Shown here piece by piece: positions 9,839 through 20,365 of a stretch of 64,000 nt of DNA. Each line of letters begins with the position of its first letter. Positions within the stretch are counted from its first letter, which is position 1. The position numbers and the translations under genes were made by a program. Under the pieces are notes generated by a model that did not search any database, was not told the DNA's origin, and saw only the letters and a list, made by a program, of their open reading frames with translations. Origin of the DNA: Alphaproteobacteria bacterium (GTDB taxonomy: Bacteria > Pseudomonadota > Alphaproteobacteria > SP197); contig OZ219919.1 of NCBI GenBank assembly GCA_964291415.2, positions 32,001 through 96,000 on the forward strand, written 5' to 3'.

Positions 9839-10888
9839 TCAGGTATCGGCGCCGACGGCTTCCGTGAGATTGTGCAGGCCGTCCGCGGCCAGGCGCTCCT
9901 CGAGGCCATCGAGAATGCGTCCGACAACCGCCAGACCGTGCCAGACCAGAGCCGTATAGATCTGGATCAGCGAGGCGCCTGCCCGGATCTTCCGGTAGGC
10001 GTCCTCGGCCGACATGATGCCGCCCGTTCCGATGATCGGCAGGGCGCCGTGACCCGCTTTGTGGAGTGTGCGCACCAGGCTGGTGGAAAGCTCGAAGAGC
10101 GGTGCCCCCGACAGGCCACCGGCCTCGCCGGCATGGCGGTGTCGCAGTCCGCCCGGCCGGCTTATCGTCGTGTTGGACACCACGAGACCGGCGATGCCGT
10201 GATCGGCCGCCACCCGGGCCGCCTCCCCTGCATCCTCGAATGCCAGGTCCGGGGCAAGCTTGAGCAGCAGGGCCACGTCCGGGACTTCAGGGCGCGCGCC
10301 CTGAAGTGACTCCAGGAGTTTCGCGAGCTGGCGCACGGCCTGGAGGTCCCGCAGGCCCGGCGTGTTGGGCGACGACACGTTGATCACGACGTAGTCGGCG
10401 AGAGGGGCGAGCCGGATGAATGCACGCCGGTAATCACCGTCCGCATCGGTGCTGTCGCGGTTCATGCCGATGTTGATGCCGACGATTCCGGCCTCCGGCC
10501 GGCGCGCCTCGAGGCGTGCCGCCACCTTGTCCATGCCTTCGTTGTTGAATCCAAGGCGATTGATCACAGCCCTGTCTGCCGGCAACCGGAAGATCCGCGG
10601 CCGCGGATTGCCGGCCTGGGGCCGCGGCGTCACGGTCCCGGCCTCGACGAACCCGAAACCCGCCGCCAGCATCTGCGCCGTCACCCTTGCATTCTTGTCA
10701 AACCCCGCCGCCAGGCCCAGGGGATTGGGAAAGTCGAGCCCGAACAGGGCGGTCGCCAGCCGGGGGCGTTCCGTCGCCGCTCGCCGCCCCGCCACCCCTG
10801 CCTCCAGGGCCCTGAGGGCCAGGTCGTGGGCACGCTCGGGTTCGATGAGGCCCATCATGGGACCGAGCAGGCGCCAGGTGTCGAACAT
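9839..10888 (-). CDS. pyrD: Quinone-dependent dihydroorotate dehydrogenase
   Basis: GLAAGFDKN, QAGNPRPRIFRL, INVSSPNTPGLR, KLAPD, GGLSGAPL. Confidence 0.96.
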   Translation of the reverse strand: MFDTWRLLGPMMGLIEPERAHDLALRALEAGVAGRRAATERPRLATALFGLDFPNPLGLAAGFDKNARVTAQMLAAGFGFVEAGTVTPRPQAGNPRPRIFRLPADRAVINRLGFNNEGMDKVAARLEARRPEAGIVGINIGMNRDSTDADGDYRRAFIRLAPLADYVVINVSSPNTPGLRDLQAVRQLAKLLESLQGARPEVPDVALLLKLAPDLAFEDAGEAARVAADHGIAGLVVSNTTISRPGGLRHRHAGEAGGLSGAPLFELSTSLVRTLHKAGHGALPIIGTGGIMSAEDAYRKIRAGASLIQIYTALVWHGLAVVGRILDGLEERLAADGLHNLTEAVGADT

Positions 10889-10980
10889 CCGGTGACACTT
10901 CCTCCTCTCCTTGAACCGTGCACACGCGGACCGGACCGTGCTAGAAGTGCGTGGCTCTGGCGCAGGACAACCGATCTACC

Positions 10981-11832
10981 ATGGAACAGCTTACCTATTT
11001 CGACGGCGCCTTCCATGAAGGCAATCCCATGATCATGGGACCGCTTGACCAATCATTCTGGTTCGCCACGCAGGTCTTCGACGGCGCCCGCGCCTTCGAC
11101 GGCGTCATGCCGGACATCGATCGTCACTGCGAACGATGCCTCAAGTCCGCGAGGGTCATGGGCATGGAGCCGCAGCAGTCGGTCGACGACCTGGTCGAAC
11201 TGGCCGGAGACATGGCGCGCCGCTTCCCGGCCGACGCTCAGCTCTACATCCGGCCAACCTACTGGAGCGGCGTCAGCGATTCCCTGTGGGCGGTCTCCGA
11301 ACTCACCAGGTTCCTGATGGTCCTGGAGGTGGCGCCCATGGCGGAGCCGAAGGGGTTTTCGGCGTGCCTTTCCGAAATCAGGCGGCCGGCGCCCGACATG
11401 GCTCCCACCCTCGCCAAGGCTTCGTGCCTCTATCCGGCAACCGGCGATGCGGTGCGCCGCGCCAACGAGCGAGGCTTCGACAATCCGGTCATGCTCGACC
11501 ATGAGGGCCATGTTGCCGAATTCGCCACGGCCAACCTCTTCATCGTCAGGGATGGTCAGGTGCACACGCCCGTCGAGAACGGCACCTTCCTGGCCGGCAT
11601 CACGCGACGCAGGGTGATGTCGCTCCTGCGAGACGCCGGCTGGGAGGTATTCGAGCGTTCCCTTTCCTGGGAGGAGGTCCGGACCGCCGACGAAGTGTTC
11701 TCCACCGGCAACTACAACAAGGTCATGCCGGCCACCCGCATTGACGACCGCGACCTCCAGCCCGGACCGGCCTATCGCGAGGCCCGCGAACTCTATTTCG
11801 CCTATGCCCGCGACAGCGGGCACCGCCTGTAA
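10981..11832 (+). CDS. Branched-chain amino acid aminotransferase family (class IV PLP)
   Basis: VFDGARAF, AKASCLY, EFATANLF, FLAGITR, FSTGN. Confidence 0.88.
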   Translation: MEQLTYFDGAFHEGNPMIMGPLDQSFWFATQVFDGARAFDGVMPDIDRHCERCLKSARVMGMEPQQSVDDLVELAGDMARRFPADAQLYIRPTYWSGVSDSLWAVSELTRFLMVLEVAPMAEPKGFSACLSEIRRPAPDMAPTLAKASCLYPATGDAVRRANERGFDNPVMLDHEGHVAEFATANLFIVRDGQVHTPVENGTFLAGITRRRVMSLLRDAGWEVFERSLSWEEVRTADEVFSTGNYNKVMPATRIDDRDLQPGPAYREARELYFAYARDSGHRL

Positions 11833-11861
11833 CGCCAGACGCCGTTTCCAGGCAGATCGAG

Positions 11862-12680
11862 ATGAACGCCATGAACAGCGACACGGCCATCAACCGCGGC
11901 TGGTGGGACGAGGTGACACCTGTTCACGAGGCCAGCGCATTCTACGACGTCGCCGGCTTCCTCGACGGCCGCAACACCCTGGGTACCATCGAGCGGCAAG
12001 CTGTCGGCGACGTCGCCGGCAGGAAACTCCTCCACCTGCAGTGCCATTTCGGCCTCGACACCCTGTCCTGGGCCAGGCTCGGGGCCGATGTCGTCGGTGT
12101 CGACTTTTCGCCTGTCGCCATCGCCACCGCAGAGCGCCTGACCAGGGAATGCGGCCTGGAGTCAAGGGCCCGCTTCATCGAGGCTGACGTCACGACCGCT
12201 GGCCGGCTTGCCGGAGCGCCCTTCGATATCGTCTTCACCTCGCTCGGCGTCCTCACGTGGATCGGTGATCTCGACGGCTGGGCCGCCACCATTGATGCCA
12301 ACCTGGCGGACGGCGGCTTCTTCTACCTTCTCGATGCCCACCCCCTGTCGATGGTCTTCGATGAGTCATCGCCCGTCCCCGTCGTGCACTATGACTACTT
12401 TCAGGGCACGGACCCGATACACGAGCCGGCCGGCAGCCCCGACTACGCCGACCCGGCCTACCGGATCAGCTCCGAGGCGCGCGAGTACACATGGCCGCTG
12501 TCCGATATCTTTGCCGCCCTCGAGAAGCGAGGCCTCCGGATCCACGAGGTGCGGGAGTATCCCTTTGGCGCCTGGCCGCAGTTTCCCGGCATGAACAAGG
12601 GAGAAGACGGCTACTGGCACCGCCCTGGCGACCTCTTGCCCCTGCCGCTCCTGCTCGGATTCAAGGCACGGCGGAAGTGA
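11862..12680 (+). CDS. Class I SAM-dependent methyltransferase
   Basis: LLHLQCHFGLDTLS, GVDFS, FDIVFTSLGVLTW. Confidence 0.88.
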   Translation: MNAMNSDTAINRGWWDEVTPVHEASAFYDVAGFLDGRNTLGTIERQAVGDVAGRKLLHLQCHFGLDTLSWARLGADVVGVDFSPVAIATAERLTRECGLESRARFIEADVTTAGRLAGAPFDIVFTSLGVLTWIGDLDGWAATIDANLADGGFFYLLDAHPLSMVFDESSPVPVVHYDYFQGTDPIHEPAGSPDYADPAYRISSEAREYTWPLSDIFAALEKRGLRIHEVREYPFGAWPQFPGMNKGEDGYWHRPGDLLPLPLLLGFKARRK

Positions 12681-12683
12681 GGG

Positions 12684-13800
12684 TCATTCCCGGGCGGCAT
12701 CCTGGCCGACACGCTGCGCCAGGGCTGCCTGGATGAAGCCGTCGAGGTCGCCGTCGAGGACGGCATCGGTGTTGCTGGTTTCGTGTCCGGTCCGCAGATC
12801 CTTGACCATGCGGTAGGGCTGCAGGACATAGGAGCGGATCTGGTGGCCCCAGCCGATATCGGTCTTTTCGGCATGAAGCGCCTGGGCTTCTTCCTCCCGC
12901 AAACGCAACTCCCGGTCATAGAGCCGCGACTTCAGGACGGCCATCGCCTCGGCCCGGTTGCGGTGCTGGGAGCGGTTGTTCTGGCACTGCACGACGATGC
13001 CCGTGGGAAGATGTGTCAGGCGCACGGCGCTGTCGGTCTTGTTGACGTGCTGGCCACCGGCGCCGGAGGCACGGTAGGTGTCGACGCGCAATTCGCTTTC
13101 GTCGACGGTGATCTCGATGCTGTCGTCGACGACCGGCGACACCGAGACGCTGGCAAAGCTGGTGTGGCGGCGCATCTGTGAATCGAAGGGTGAAATCCGC
13201 ACCAGGCGATGGACGCCCGATTCCGTCTTGGCCCAGCCGTAGGCGCCGTCACCGACAAACTTCAGGGTTGCCGACTTGATGCCGGCCTCCTCTCCCGGGG
13301 TTTCGCCGAGGTCCTCGACGCGGTAGTCCCTGCGTTGCGCCCACCGGCGGTACATGCGCACCAGCATGTTGGCCCAGTCCTGGCTTTCCGTGCCGCCGGC
13401 GCCGGCATGAACCTCGATGTAGCAGTCGTTGCCGTCCGCCTCGCCGGAAAGGAGACTGGCAATGCGCAGTTTTCCGGTGCGCAGGGAGAGGGCCTCGAGC
13501 GCCTCCACGCACTGCCCGACAAGGTCCTCCTCGCCTTCGGCTTCGGCCAGCTCGGCGAGTTCCAGGTGTTCGGCAAGCTCGTCCCGAAGGGCGTGCACGC
13601 TGCCGATGGCGGCGGCAAGCCGCGTACGCTCGCGCAGCAGCGCCTGCGCCTTATCCGGGTCGTTCCAGAGTTCCGGATCCTGGGTCAGGTGCTCGAGTTC
13701 ATCGAGCCGGGCGTTGGCATGTTCCCAGTCAAAGATGCCTCCGCACGAGGTCAAGACCGGATTCGATGCTGTCCTTCAGTTCGGCAATGGCGGGGCGCAT
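12684..13800 (-). CDS. prfB: Peptide chain release factor 2, expressed through a +1 programmed frameshift
   Basis: SPF and GGQ motifs; 23-codon first frame MRPAIAE...RRHL (13800-13732) followed by CTT TGA C; the second frame continues DWEHA... Confidence 0.97.
13728..13743 (-). promoter_or_regulatory. prfB +1 ribosomal frameshift signal
   Basis: The minus strand reads CGGAGG-CAT-CTT-TGA-C: internal SD, 3-nt spacer and the slippery CTT TGA C. Confidence 0.93.
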
Positions 13801-13834
13801 GGTTTCCTGTCTCCTCCGGCCACAACGCAAGGGG

Positions 13835-16279
13835 TCAGTAGACGCCCGATGACCTGTCATCGCCCAGCGATAGCACGACATGGCGGTCCGCCTCAACCGT
13901 CGGCTCGCTGCCCGGCCGGAAGGCCTCGGTGATGATCCGGGTGGTGGCCTCGCCCGGCAACAGACCGTGGTCGGCATCGATACGGACAAGACGGACTCCC
14001 GGAGGGATGCGGAACGGGATGACGGGTTCCGAGGCGAGTGCCTCGGCCATGAAGAGCTGCCACACCGGCACCGCCACGGACGATCCGGTCTCCCGGTCGC
14101 CGAGCGTCTCCGGCTGGTCGAAACCGACATAGACACCGACAGCGAGATCGGGCGAGAAACCGAGAAACCAGGCGTCGCGGTTGTCATTGGTGGTGCCGGT
14201 CTTGCCGGCAAGCGGCCGTTCCAGCGCACGCAGCCGGACTCCGGTTCCGCGCTCCACCACCCCCTCGAGCATGTGCACCATCTGGTAGGCAGTTACCGGA
14301 TCCACGAGTCTGGGCCGGACGTCCGGGAGCGCCGGAACCGGCAGTTGACGATCCCAGGCTGCTGCCCGGCATTCATCACATTCGCGCGTATCACGCCGCC
14401 AGATCGTTCTGCCGTGGCGATCCTGGATGCGTTCGATCAGCTCGGGATCCACCTCCCTGCCACCGTTGACGATTGCTGCATAGGCTGCCGTCAGGCGCAT
14501 CAGGGTGGTCTCGGCGGAACCAAGCGCGACCGGCAGGTAGTAGGGTTGGGACTCGTCCAGGATGCCGAACTTGCGAACGTAACCGTCGACAACGTCGGGA
14601 CCCAGCGTATTGGCCAGGCGCACGGTCATCAGATTGCGCGACTTCTCGATGCCGACCCTGAGCGGAACCAGACCATAGAATTCCTGCGTGTAGTTGGCCG
14701 GACGCCAGAGCTCCTGTCCGGCGCCCGGATCGTAGACGAAGGGCGCATCCTCGATCAGTGCCGCGGGGGTATAGCCGTGGTCGAGGGCGGCCATGTAGAC
14801 GAAGGGCTTGAAGGCGGAACCGGGCTGGCGCAGAGCCTGCGTCGCCCGGTTGAACTCGCTCGTGGCGTAGCTGAACCCGCCCTGCATGGCGAGCACGCGG
14901 CCGGTATGGGGATCCAGGGCAACGAGGCCGCCGGACACCAGGGGAATCTGGCGCAAGGCATGGAATCGGGTGCCATCCGGGGCGTCCTTGGGGAGACTCT
15001 CCACCACAATGACATCACCATGGGCCAGCACATCGGCGGGCAGGCCGGGAACCGGGCCGAGCCTGCCGTTGTCGAGGCGCCTTCTCGCCCATGCCATGTC
15101 CTCCAGGAGGACAAGGCCGTGGCTGCCGTCGGCAAAGCCGACAGCGGCCGCCGCATCGTTCATGCCGAGGACGACGGCGGCCTGCCATGGGGCAACGTCC
15201 ATCGTCCCGGCAATGGTCGCCAGGGCATCGGTCCAGGAATCGTCGAGATCCACCCTGGCCACCGGACCACGCCAGCCGCGCCGGCGGTCATAGAGTCCAA
15301 GGCCGTTCCTGAGGGCGCGGCTGGCGGCCTCCTGGAGTGCCGGATCGATGGTCGACCTGACATAGAGGCCCCCGGTGTAGAGCGCATCGGATCCATACCG
15401 GCGGGCGATGGCGCGACGGATCTCCTCGACCGCATAGGCGGCCTCGACGAAGACACGGGAACCGGACCTGCTGACACCCAGGGGCTGGCGCCGCGCCAGC
15501 ATGGCCTCCCGTTGCGTGATATGCCCATCCTCGGCCATGCGCGAGAGGACCCAGTTGCGCCTCGCGACAGCTGCCCGCGGCTTGCGTTCCGGATGATAGT
15601 TGTTGGGGGCCTTGGGCAGGGCCGCCAGATAGGCGGCCTCGGCGACCGACAGGGAGTCGAGTGACTTGTCGAAGTAGTTGAGCGCCGCCGCCGCAACACC
15701 GTAGCTCCCCAGTCCGAGGTAGATCTCGTTGAGATAGAGTTCGAGTATTCTCTCCTTGGTCAGGGCCTCCTCGATGCGGAACGCGAGAATCGCCTCCCTG
15801 ATCTTGCGGCGATAGGACATCTCGTTTGTCAGGAGGAAGTTCTTGGCGACCTGCTGGGTGATAGTCGATGCGCCCTGCAGCCGGCGGCCCTCGATGGTCG
15901 CTTCGACATTGGCAATCATGGCCCGCACGATGCCGAGGGGATCGATGCCCCGATGCGCGAAGAAGGTCTTGTCCTCTGCCGAGATGAAGGCCTGCCGGAC
16001 CTTCAGCGGAATCGCCTGAAGCGGCACGAAGACCCGGTTCTCGACGGCGAACTGCGCCATCAGGCTGCCGTCTCCGGCATAGACACGTGTGGCGACCGGG
16101 GGTTCGTAGCCGGCGAGCATGCGATGATCCGGCAGGCCCTGGCTGAAACTGGTCCAGGCGGCCATCGCCAGGATACCGGCGGCGATCAGGATGACGACAA
16201 GCAACGACACGCACGCAGTCAGCCATCGCAGCCAGCGTCTTGGCCTTCGCACCGGTCTGTCGTTGTGTGCTGCGGTCAT
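13835..16279 (-). CDS. mrcA: Penicillin-binding protein 1A
   Basis: Transglycosylase motifs EDKTF and GASTITQQVAKN; transpeptidase motifs SAFK, SRN, KTGT; N-terminal TM helix. Confidence 0.95.
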   Translation of the reverse strand: MTAAHNDRPVRRPRRWLRWLTACVSLLVVILIAAGILAMAAWTSFSQGLPDHRMLAGYEPPVATRVYAGDGSLMAQFAVENRVFVPLQAIPLKVRQAFISAEDKTFFAHRGIDPLGIVRAMIANVEATIEGRRLQGASTITQQVAKNFLLTNEMSYRRKIREAILAFRIEEALTKERILELYLNEIYLGLGSYGVAAAALNYFDKSLDSLSVAEAAYLAALPKAPNNYHPERKPRAAVARRNWVLSRMAEDGHITQREAMLARRQPLGVSRSGSRVFVEAAYAVEEIRRAIARRYGSDALYTGGLYVRSTIDPALQEAASRALRNGLGLYDRRRGWRGPVARVDLDDSWTDALATIAGTMDVAPWQAAVVLGMNDAAAAVGFADGSHGLVLLEDMAWARRRLDNGRLGPVPGLPADVLAHGDVIVVESLPKDAPDGTRFHALRQIPLVSGGLVALDPHTGRVLAMQGGFSYATSEFNRATQALRQPGSAFKPFVYMAALDHGYTPAALIEDAPFVYDPGAGQELWRPANYTQEFYGLVPLRVGIEKSRNLMTVRLANTLGPDVVDGYVRKFGILDESQPYYLPVALGSAETTLMRLTAAYAAIVNGGREVDPELIERIQDRHGRTIWRRDTRECDECRAAAWDRQLPVPALPDVRPRLVDPVTAYQMVHMLEGVVERGTGVRLRALERPLAGKTGTTNDNRDAWFLGFSPDLAVGVYVGFDQPETLGDRETGSSVAVPVWQLFMAEALASEPVIPFRIPPGVRLVRIDADHGLLPGEATTRIITEAFRPGSEPTVEADRHVVLSLGDDRSSGVY

Positions 16280-16346
16280 GCCGCTCTCTTCACTCGCTCC
16301 GGCCAGGCCACGCTCACATGTCCATGTGTCATGCCGGTGGCAACGG

Positions 16347-17540
16347 TCACGACCGGCGCGATGACATGAAGGTATCGATGGCCCTGACAACGCCGGCGAG
16401 GAATGTCCGCCGCCAGGAGCGATCCATCATCAGACGTTCCTCGACCGGGTTCGACAAGAAACCCATCTCTATCAGAACCGAAGGGACGTCGGGTGCTTTG
16501 AGCACCCGAAAGCCGGCGAACCTGTGGACGTTCCGGCGCAACTCGGTCACCCGGGTCAGTTCGCTGGCCAGGATTCCGGCGAACTCCGACGACGCGTTCT
16601 TGGTTTCCCTCTGTGCCAGGTCGATCAGGATATTGGTGGTAACCGGATCGTAGTCGATGCTGACGAAGTCGACTCCCTCGATGAGGTCGGACCGGTTCTC
16701 GTTCCGCGCGAGGGCTGCGGCTTCCTTGTCCGAAGCGGTTTCCGAAAGTGTGTAGACACCCATGCCCCTGACATGCGGGCTGTCGATCGAATCGGCGTGC
16801 AGGGAGATGAAGAGATCCGCGCCCGCCGCACGGGCGAACAGGACCCGGTCGGCAAGACGCAGGATCCAGTCGCCCTCACGGGTCATGACCACGTGATAGC
16901 GCCCGGTCTCCTCCAGCATGGCCTTGAGTTCGCGTGCGGCGGCCAGGACGATGTCCTTCTCGTGGGCGCCGCTGGCGCCGACGGCGCCTGGATCCGGGCC
17001 GCCGTGACCTGGATCGAGAACGATGATCGGGAGCGGCGGGGGAGGCTTGACGCCGGGCCTGAGGATGCCGTCATCCTCCACCGCGCTGTCGGAAGGCAAT
17101 GGAGCAGCGCTGACGAGCGGCGCAATGTCGAGCACGATCCGGTGACCGTAGTCACCCTCCGGTTCCAGGACCAGGGTGTCCCGCACCACCCCGGGTTCCA
17201 CGAGGTCGAGCACGACACGCGTCACGTCGACGGTCGGCGTGCCGAAGCGGGCGCGCACGACAAGTCCGGTGTCGATGCCGCGTTCCCTTTCGAGCATCCC
17301 CCGCGACACCTGCGAGAGGTCAACGACAATCCGCGCAGGGTCGTCGAGCGTGAAGGCGTGAAAGTCCGCCGGTCCATCGAGGTCGATGACAAATCGCGTC
17401 AGGTCCCCCGAAACACCGGCCCTGACGTTGACAAGAACGGTATCGCCGGCAAGGGCGTGCCCATGCACCCCCGACACCATCAGGGTCAGCATGATCACGG
17501 TCATGACAGCCTTGATGTATCCGGGACTTGTCGGACTCAT
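16347..17540 (-). CDS. amiC: N-acetylmuramoyl-L-alanine amidase (AMIN + Amidase_3)
   Basis: LDPGHGG, EKD, SLHAD, FRVLKAPDVPSVLIEMGFLSN; syntenic with mrcA and rne; start uncertain (17540 or 17504). Confidence 0.9.
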   Translation of the reverse strand: MSPTSPGYIKAVMTVIMLTLMVSGVHGHALAGDTVLVNVRAGVSGDLTRFVIDLDGPADFHAFTLDDPARIVVDLSQVSRGMLERERGIDTGLVVRARFGTPTVDVTRVVLDLVEPGVVRDTLVLEPEGDYGHRIVLDIAPLVSAAPLPSDSAVEDDGILRPGVKPPPPLPIIVLDPGHGGPDPGAVGASGAHEKDIVLAAARELKAMLEETGRYHVVMTREGDWILRLADRVLFARAAGADLFISLHADSIDSPHVRGMGVYTLSETASDKEAAALARNENRSDLIEGVDFVSIDYDPVTTNILIDLAQRETKNASSEFAGILASELTRVTELRRNVHRFAGFRVLKAPDVPSVLIEMGFLSNPVEERLMMDRSWRRTFLAGVVRAIDTFMSSRRS

Positions 17541-17849
17541 GAGGGCGTTGTAGGATATTGATGTCGCCTGGTCACTGCCAAAGGATGGCAGCAGGAAACA
17601 GCGGACGACCCGCGACCTTGGACAGTGCGACGGGAGGTGCCGGTTCCGGCACCGAAATTGGAACAACCGTGACCCTTGCACCAGATCATTCCCGTGTCAT
17701 GAACCGGAACACGATTCCGGTCCTGCAAGCCTTGTGCGCTGCCCAAACCGCGGATGAATCATGGTGGAGCCGTCACTCAACCGAGGCGGCGGCGCGACGG
17801 CGATACACCAACGTCAGCCGACCTGCCGACAGGACTATCTGGACCATCC

Positions 17850-19871
17850 ATGACCACACGCATGCTCATCGACGCGGGCCACCCCGAAGAAACCCGCGTT
17901 GTCGTTTCCGACGGACATGAACTGCAGGAATTCGACGTCGAATCATCTGTCAAGACACAGATCAAGGCCAACATCTATCTCGCCAAGGTTGTCCGCATCG
18001 AGCCTTCGCTGCAATCCGCCTTTGTCGAGTACGGAGGCAACCGACACGGGTTCCTTCCGTTCAGCGAGATTCACACTGACTATTTCCAGCTTCCCGTATC
18101 CGACCGCGACGAGATCACCGCGGAACAGGCAAGACTGGTCGAGGAAGCGAGCCTCGACGACATCGAAGAGGACGACGCGGTCGACTCCGCCGACGGCGAA
18201 GCCGTTCCCGCCGAGTCAGGCTCTTCCCCGGCACGAAGTCGAGGACGCCGCCAGCAGGATGATCGGGAAGATCATCCCGAAACGATCCTTCATGCGGCCA
18301 TCCTCAAGCGCGGCTACCGCATCCAGGAGGTGATCAGGAAGAACCAGATCCTGCTGGTTCAGGTCACCAAGGAGGAGCGCGGCACCAAGGGGGCCGCACT
18401 CAGCACCTATCTGTCGATTGCCGGACGCTACTGCGTGCTGATGCCCAACACGCCCCGTGGTGGTGGCATCTCGCGCAAGATCACGGACCATGCACAGCGC
18501 CGCCGCCTCAAGGAGGTTGCCGCGGGCTTCGACATTCCCGAAGGCATGGGTCTCATCGTCCGCACCGCAGGTCAGAACCGCTCGCGTCCCGAGATCCGCC
18601 GCGACTACAACAGTCTCCTCAAGCAATGGGAGGACCTCCGGGACAAGACGCTGAAGAGCACGGCTCCATGCCTCATCAGGGAGGAGGCCAGCATCATCAA
18701 GCGGGCCATTCGCGACCTCTACACGAAGAACGTGGACGAGGTGCTCGTCGAGGGAGACGAGGGCTACCGTACCGCGAAGGCCTACATGAAGTTCCTCATG
18801 CCGAGCCATGCCTCGAGGGTCAAGCTTCACCGGGATTCGGTTTCGCTGTTCCACGCGTTTGACGTGGAGAAGGAAATCGATGCCATGCACAGCCCCGTGG
18901 TGCCTCTGGCTTCAGGCGGCTCGCTCGTCATCAATCCGACCGAGGCGCTCGTGGTCATCGACGTCAACTCCGGACGCTCCACACGGGAGCGTTCCATCGA
19001 GGACACGGCACTGAAAACCAATCTCGAGGCGACGCACGAGATCGCTCGCCAGATGCGGTTGCGGGACCTTGCCGGGCTGGTCGTCATCGATTTCATCGAC
19101 ATGGACGACCGCCGCAATGATGCCACCGTGGAACGCCGCATGAAGGAGGCGGTGAAGGGCGACCGTGCCCGCATCCAGATTGGCCGCATCAGCCACTTCG
19201 GCCTCATGGAACTGTCCCGCCAGCGTTTGCGTCCCAGTCTCGAGGAAGCCATCTCGGCGCCATGCCCGACGTGCAACGGTTCGGGTTACATGCGGTCGAT
19301 CGAGTCGACGACGCTGCACGTGTTGCGCGGCATCGAAAGCGCGGCGGCGGGCAAGGCTGGCCAAACGCTCCTTGTGACCGCGCCGACGGCCATCGCCTTC
19401 CAGCTGCTCAATCACAAGCGGCTCATGCTGACGGGGATCGAGGACCGCTACAAGGTCACGGTGACCATCGAGGCCGATGACCGGCTGGTGGCGCCCGACT
19501 TCCGCATCGATACCGGCGACTCCGGAACCGCGGCCCATGCTCCGCGAGACAACGCGGCACAAGTCCCCGACGAGCCCTCATCCTTGCGACGTCGCAAGCG
19601 TTCGCGGCGCCGGCGCCGCGATGCCGGCCAGGAGGCGGATCCGGATCCGGTGAAAGCCGATGCTCAGGAAAGCGAGGACGAGGCCGCCGAACAGGGAGAG
19701 CGCAGGCGCCGGCGGCGGGGCAGACGCGGTGGCCGGCGGCGCAAGGCCAACGGGGAAAATGCCCCGCAAACCGCTGGCGAGAATCGCCAGGGACAGCAGG
19801 ATGACCCGAGTCCGGCACCCGCCGGGGAGACTGCGCCTGCGGATGGCGAGGCGGAGGCCGTGGCCGGATAG
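17850..19871 (+). CDS. rne: Ribonuclease E
   Basis: MLIDAGHPEETRVVV, S1 domain with an acidic insertion, IDVNSG, CPTC Zn-link, Arg-rich disordered C-terminus. Confidence 0.95.
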   Translation: MTTRMLIDAGHPEETRVVVSDGHELQEFDVESSVKTQIKANIYLAKVVRIEPSLQSAFVEYGGNRHGFLPFSEIHTDYFQLPVSDRDEITAEQARLVEEASLDDIEEDDAVDSADGEAVPAESGSSPARSRGRRQQDDREDHPETILHAAILKRGYRIQEVIRKNQILLVQVTKEERGTKGAALSTYLSIAGRYCVLMPNTPRGGGISRKITDHAQRRRLKEVAAGFDIPEGMGLIVRTAGQNRSRPEIRRDYNSLLKQWEDLRDKTLKSTAPCLIREEASIIKRAIRDLYTKNVDEVLVEGDEGYRTAKAYMKFLMPSHASRVKLHRDSVSLFHAFDVEKEIDAMHSPVVPLASGGSLVINPTEALVVIDVNSGRSTRERSIEDTALKTNLEATHEIARQMRLRDLAGLVVIDFIDMDDRRNDATVERRMKEAVKGDRARIQIGRISHFGLMELSRQRLRPSLEEAISAPCPTCNGSGYMRSIESTTLHVLRGIESAAAGKAGQTLLVTAPTAIAFQLLNHKRLMLTGIEDRYKVTVTIEADDRLVAPDFRIDTGDSGTAAHAPRDNAAQVPDEPSSLRRRKRSRRRRRDAGQEADPDPVKADAQESEDEAAEQGERRRRRRGRRGGRRRKANGENAPQTAGENRQGQQDDPSPAPAGETAPADGEAEAVAG

Positions 19872-19875
19872 GCAA

Positions 19876-20361
19876 TCAGCGGCGTATGCCGATTCCCTGT
19901 CCCGAGAGAGGCGGACGCCCGAGACTGTCGTGCGCCGCACGCACGTCGGCCAGGCGGCAGGCGATGGCCTCCGGAAAGCGGCGCGGTCGGCGGGTCTCAC
20001 GGTCCATGAGGATCTCGATCAGTTCGAAGGACGCCGCGACATAGTGCTGGCGCTCCTGGATCATGGTCAGGAAGCTCACGATCTTGTTGTGGTCGTGATC
20101 GACAAGCTGTGCGGTGATGAGGAGCGGATCATCGAGAAGGACCTCCCGGATGTACCAGGACGTGTCCTGGAGGGCGAAGACGGTCGCACCAAGGCGCGAG
20201 AGAGCTTCCCGCGACAATCCCAGCGCGGCATAGAACGGCCCGGTGGCCCGGTCGAAGAGCCTCGTGTACGAGCGGATGCCCATGTGACCGTTGTGATCGA
20301 CAAGATCATGGGTCACGGCCAGGCGCAAAGCCTCGAAGGGAGCCCCGATCTCCACCGTCAT
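19876..20361 (-). CDS. Thioesterase family protein (4HBT-like hotdog fold)
   Basis: DHNGHMG...Y..LFDRA motif; start at MTVEIG. Confidence 0.8.
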   Translation of the reverse strand: MTVEIGAPFEALRLAVTHDLVDHNGHMGIRSYTRLFDRATGPFYAALGLSREALSRLGATVFALQDTSWYIREVLLDDPLLITAQLVDHDHNKIVSFLTMIQERQHYVAASFELIEILMDRETRRPRRFPEAIACRLADVRAAHDSLGRPPLSGQGIGIRR

Positions 20362-20365
20362 GCCG

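Noticed and set aside
13728-13743. In-frame stop in prfB as a pseudogene or novelty
   Set aside because: It is the well-known autoregulatory +1 frameshift.
19560-19871. Arg-rich low-complexity tract as a separate element
   Set aside because: It is the normal disordered RNA-binding C-terminus of RNase E.
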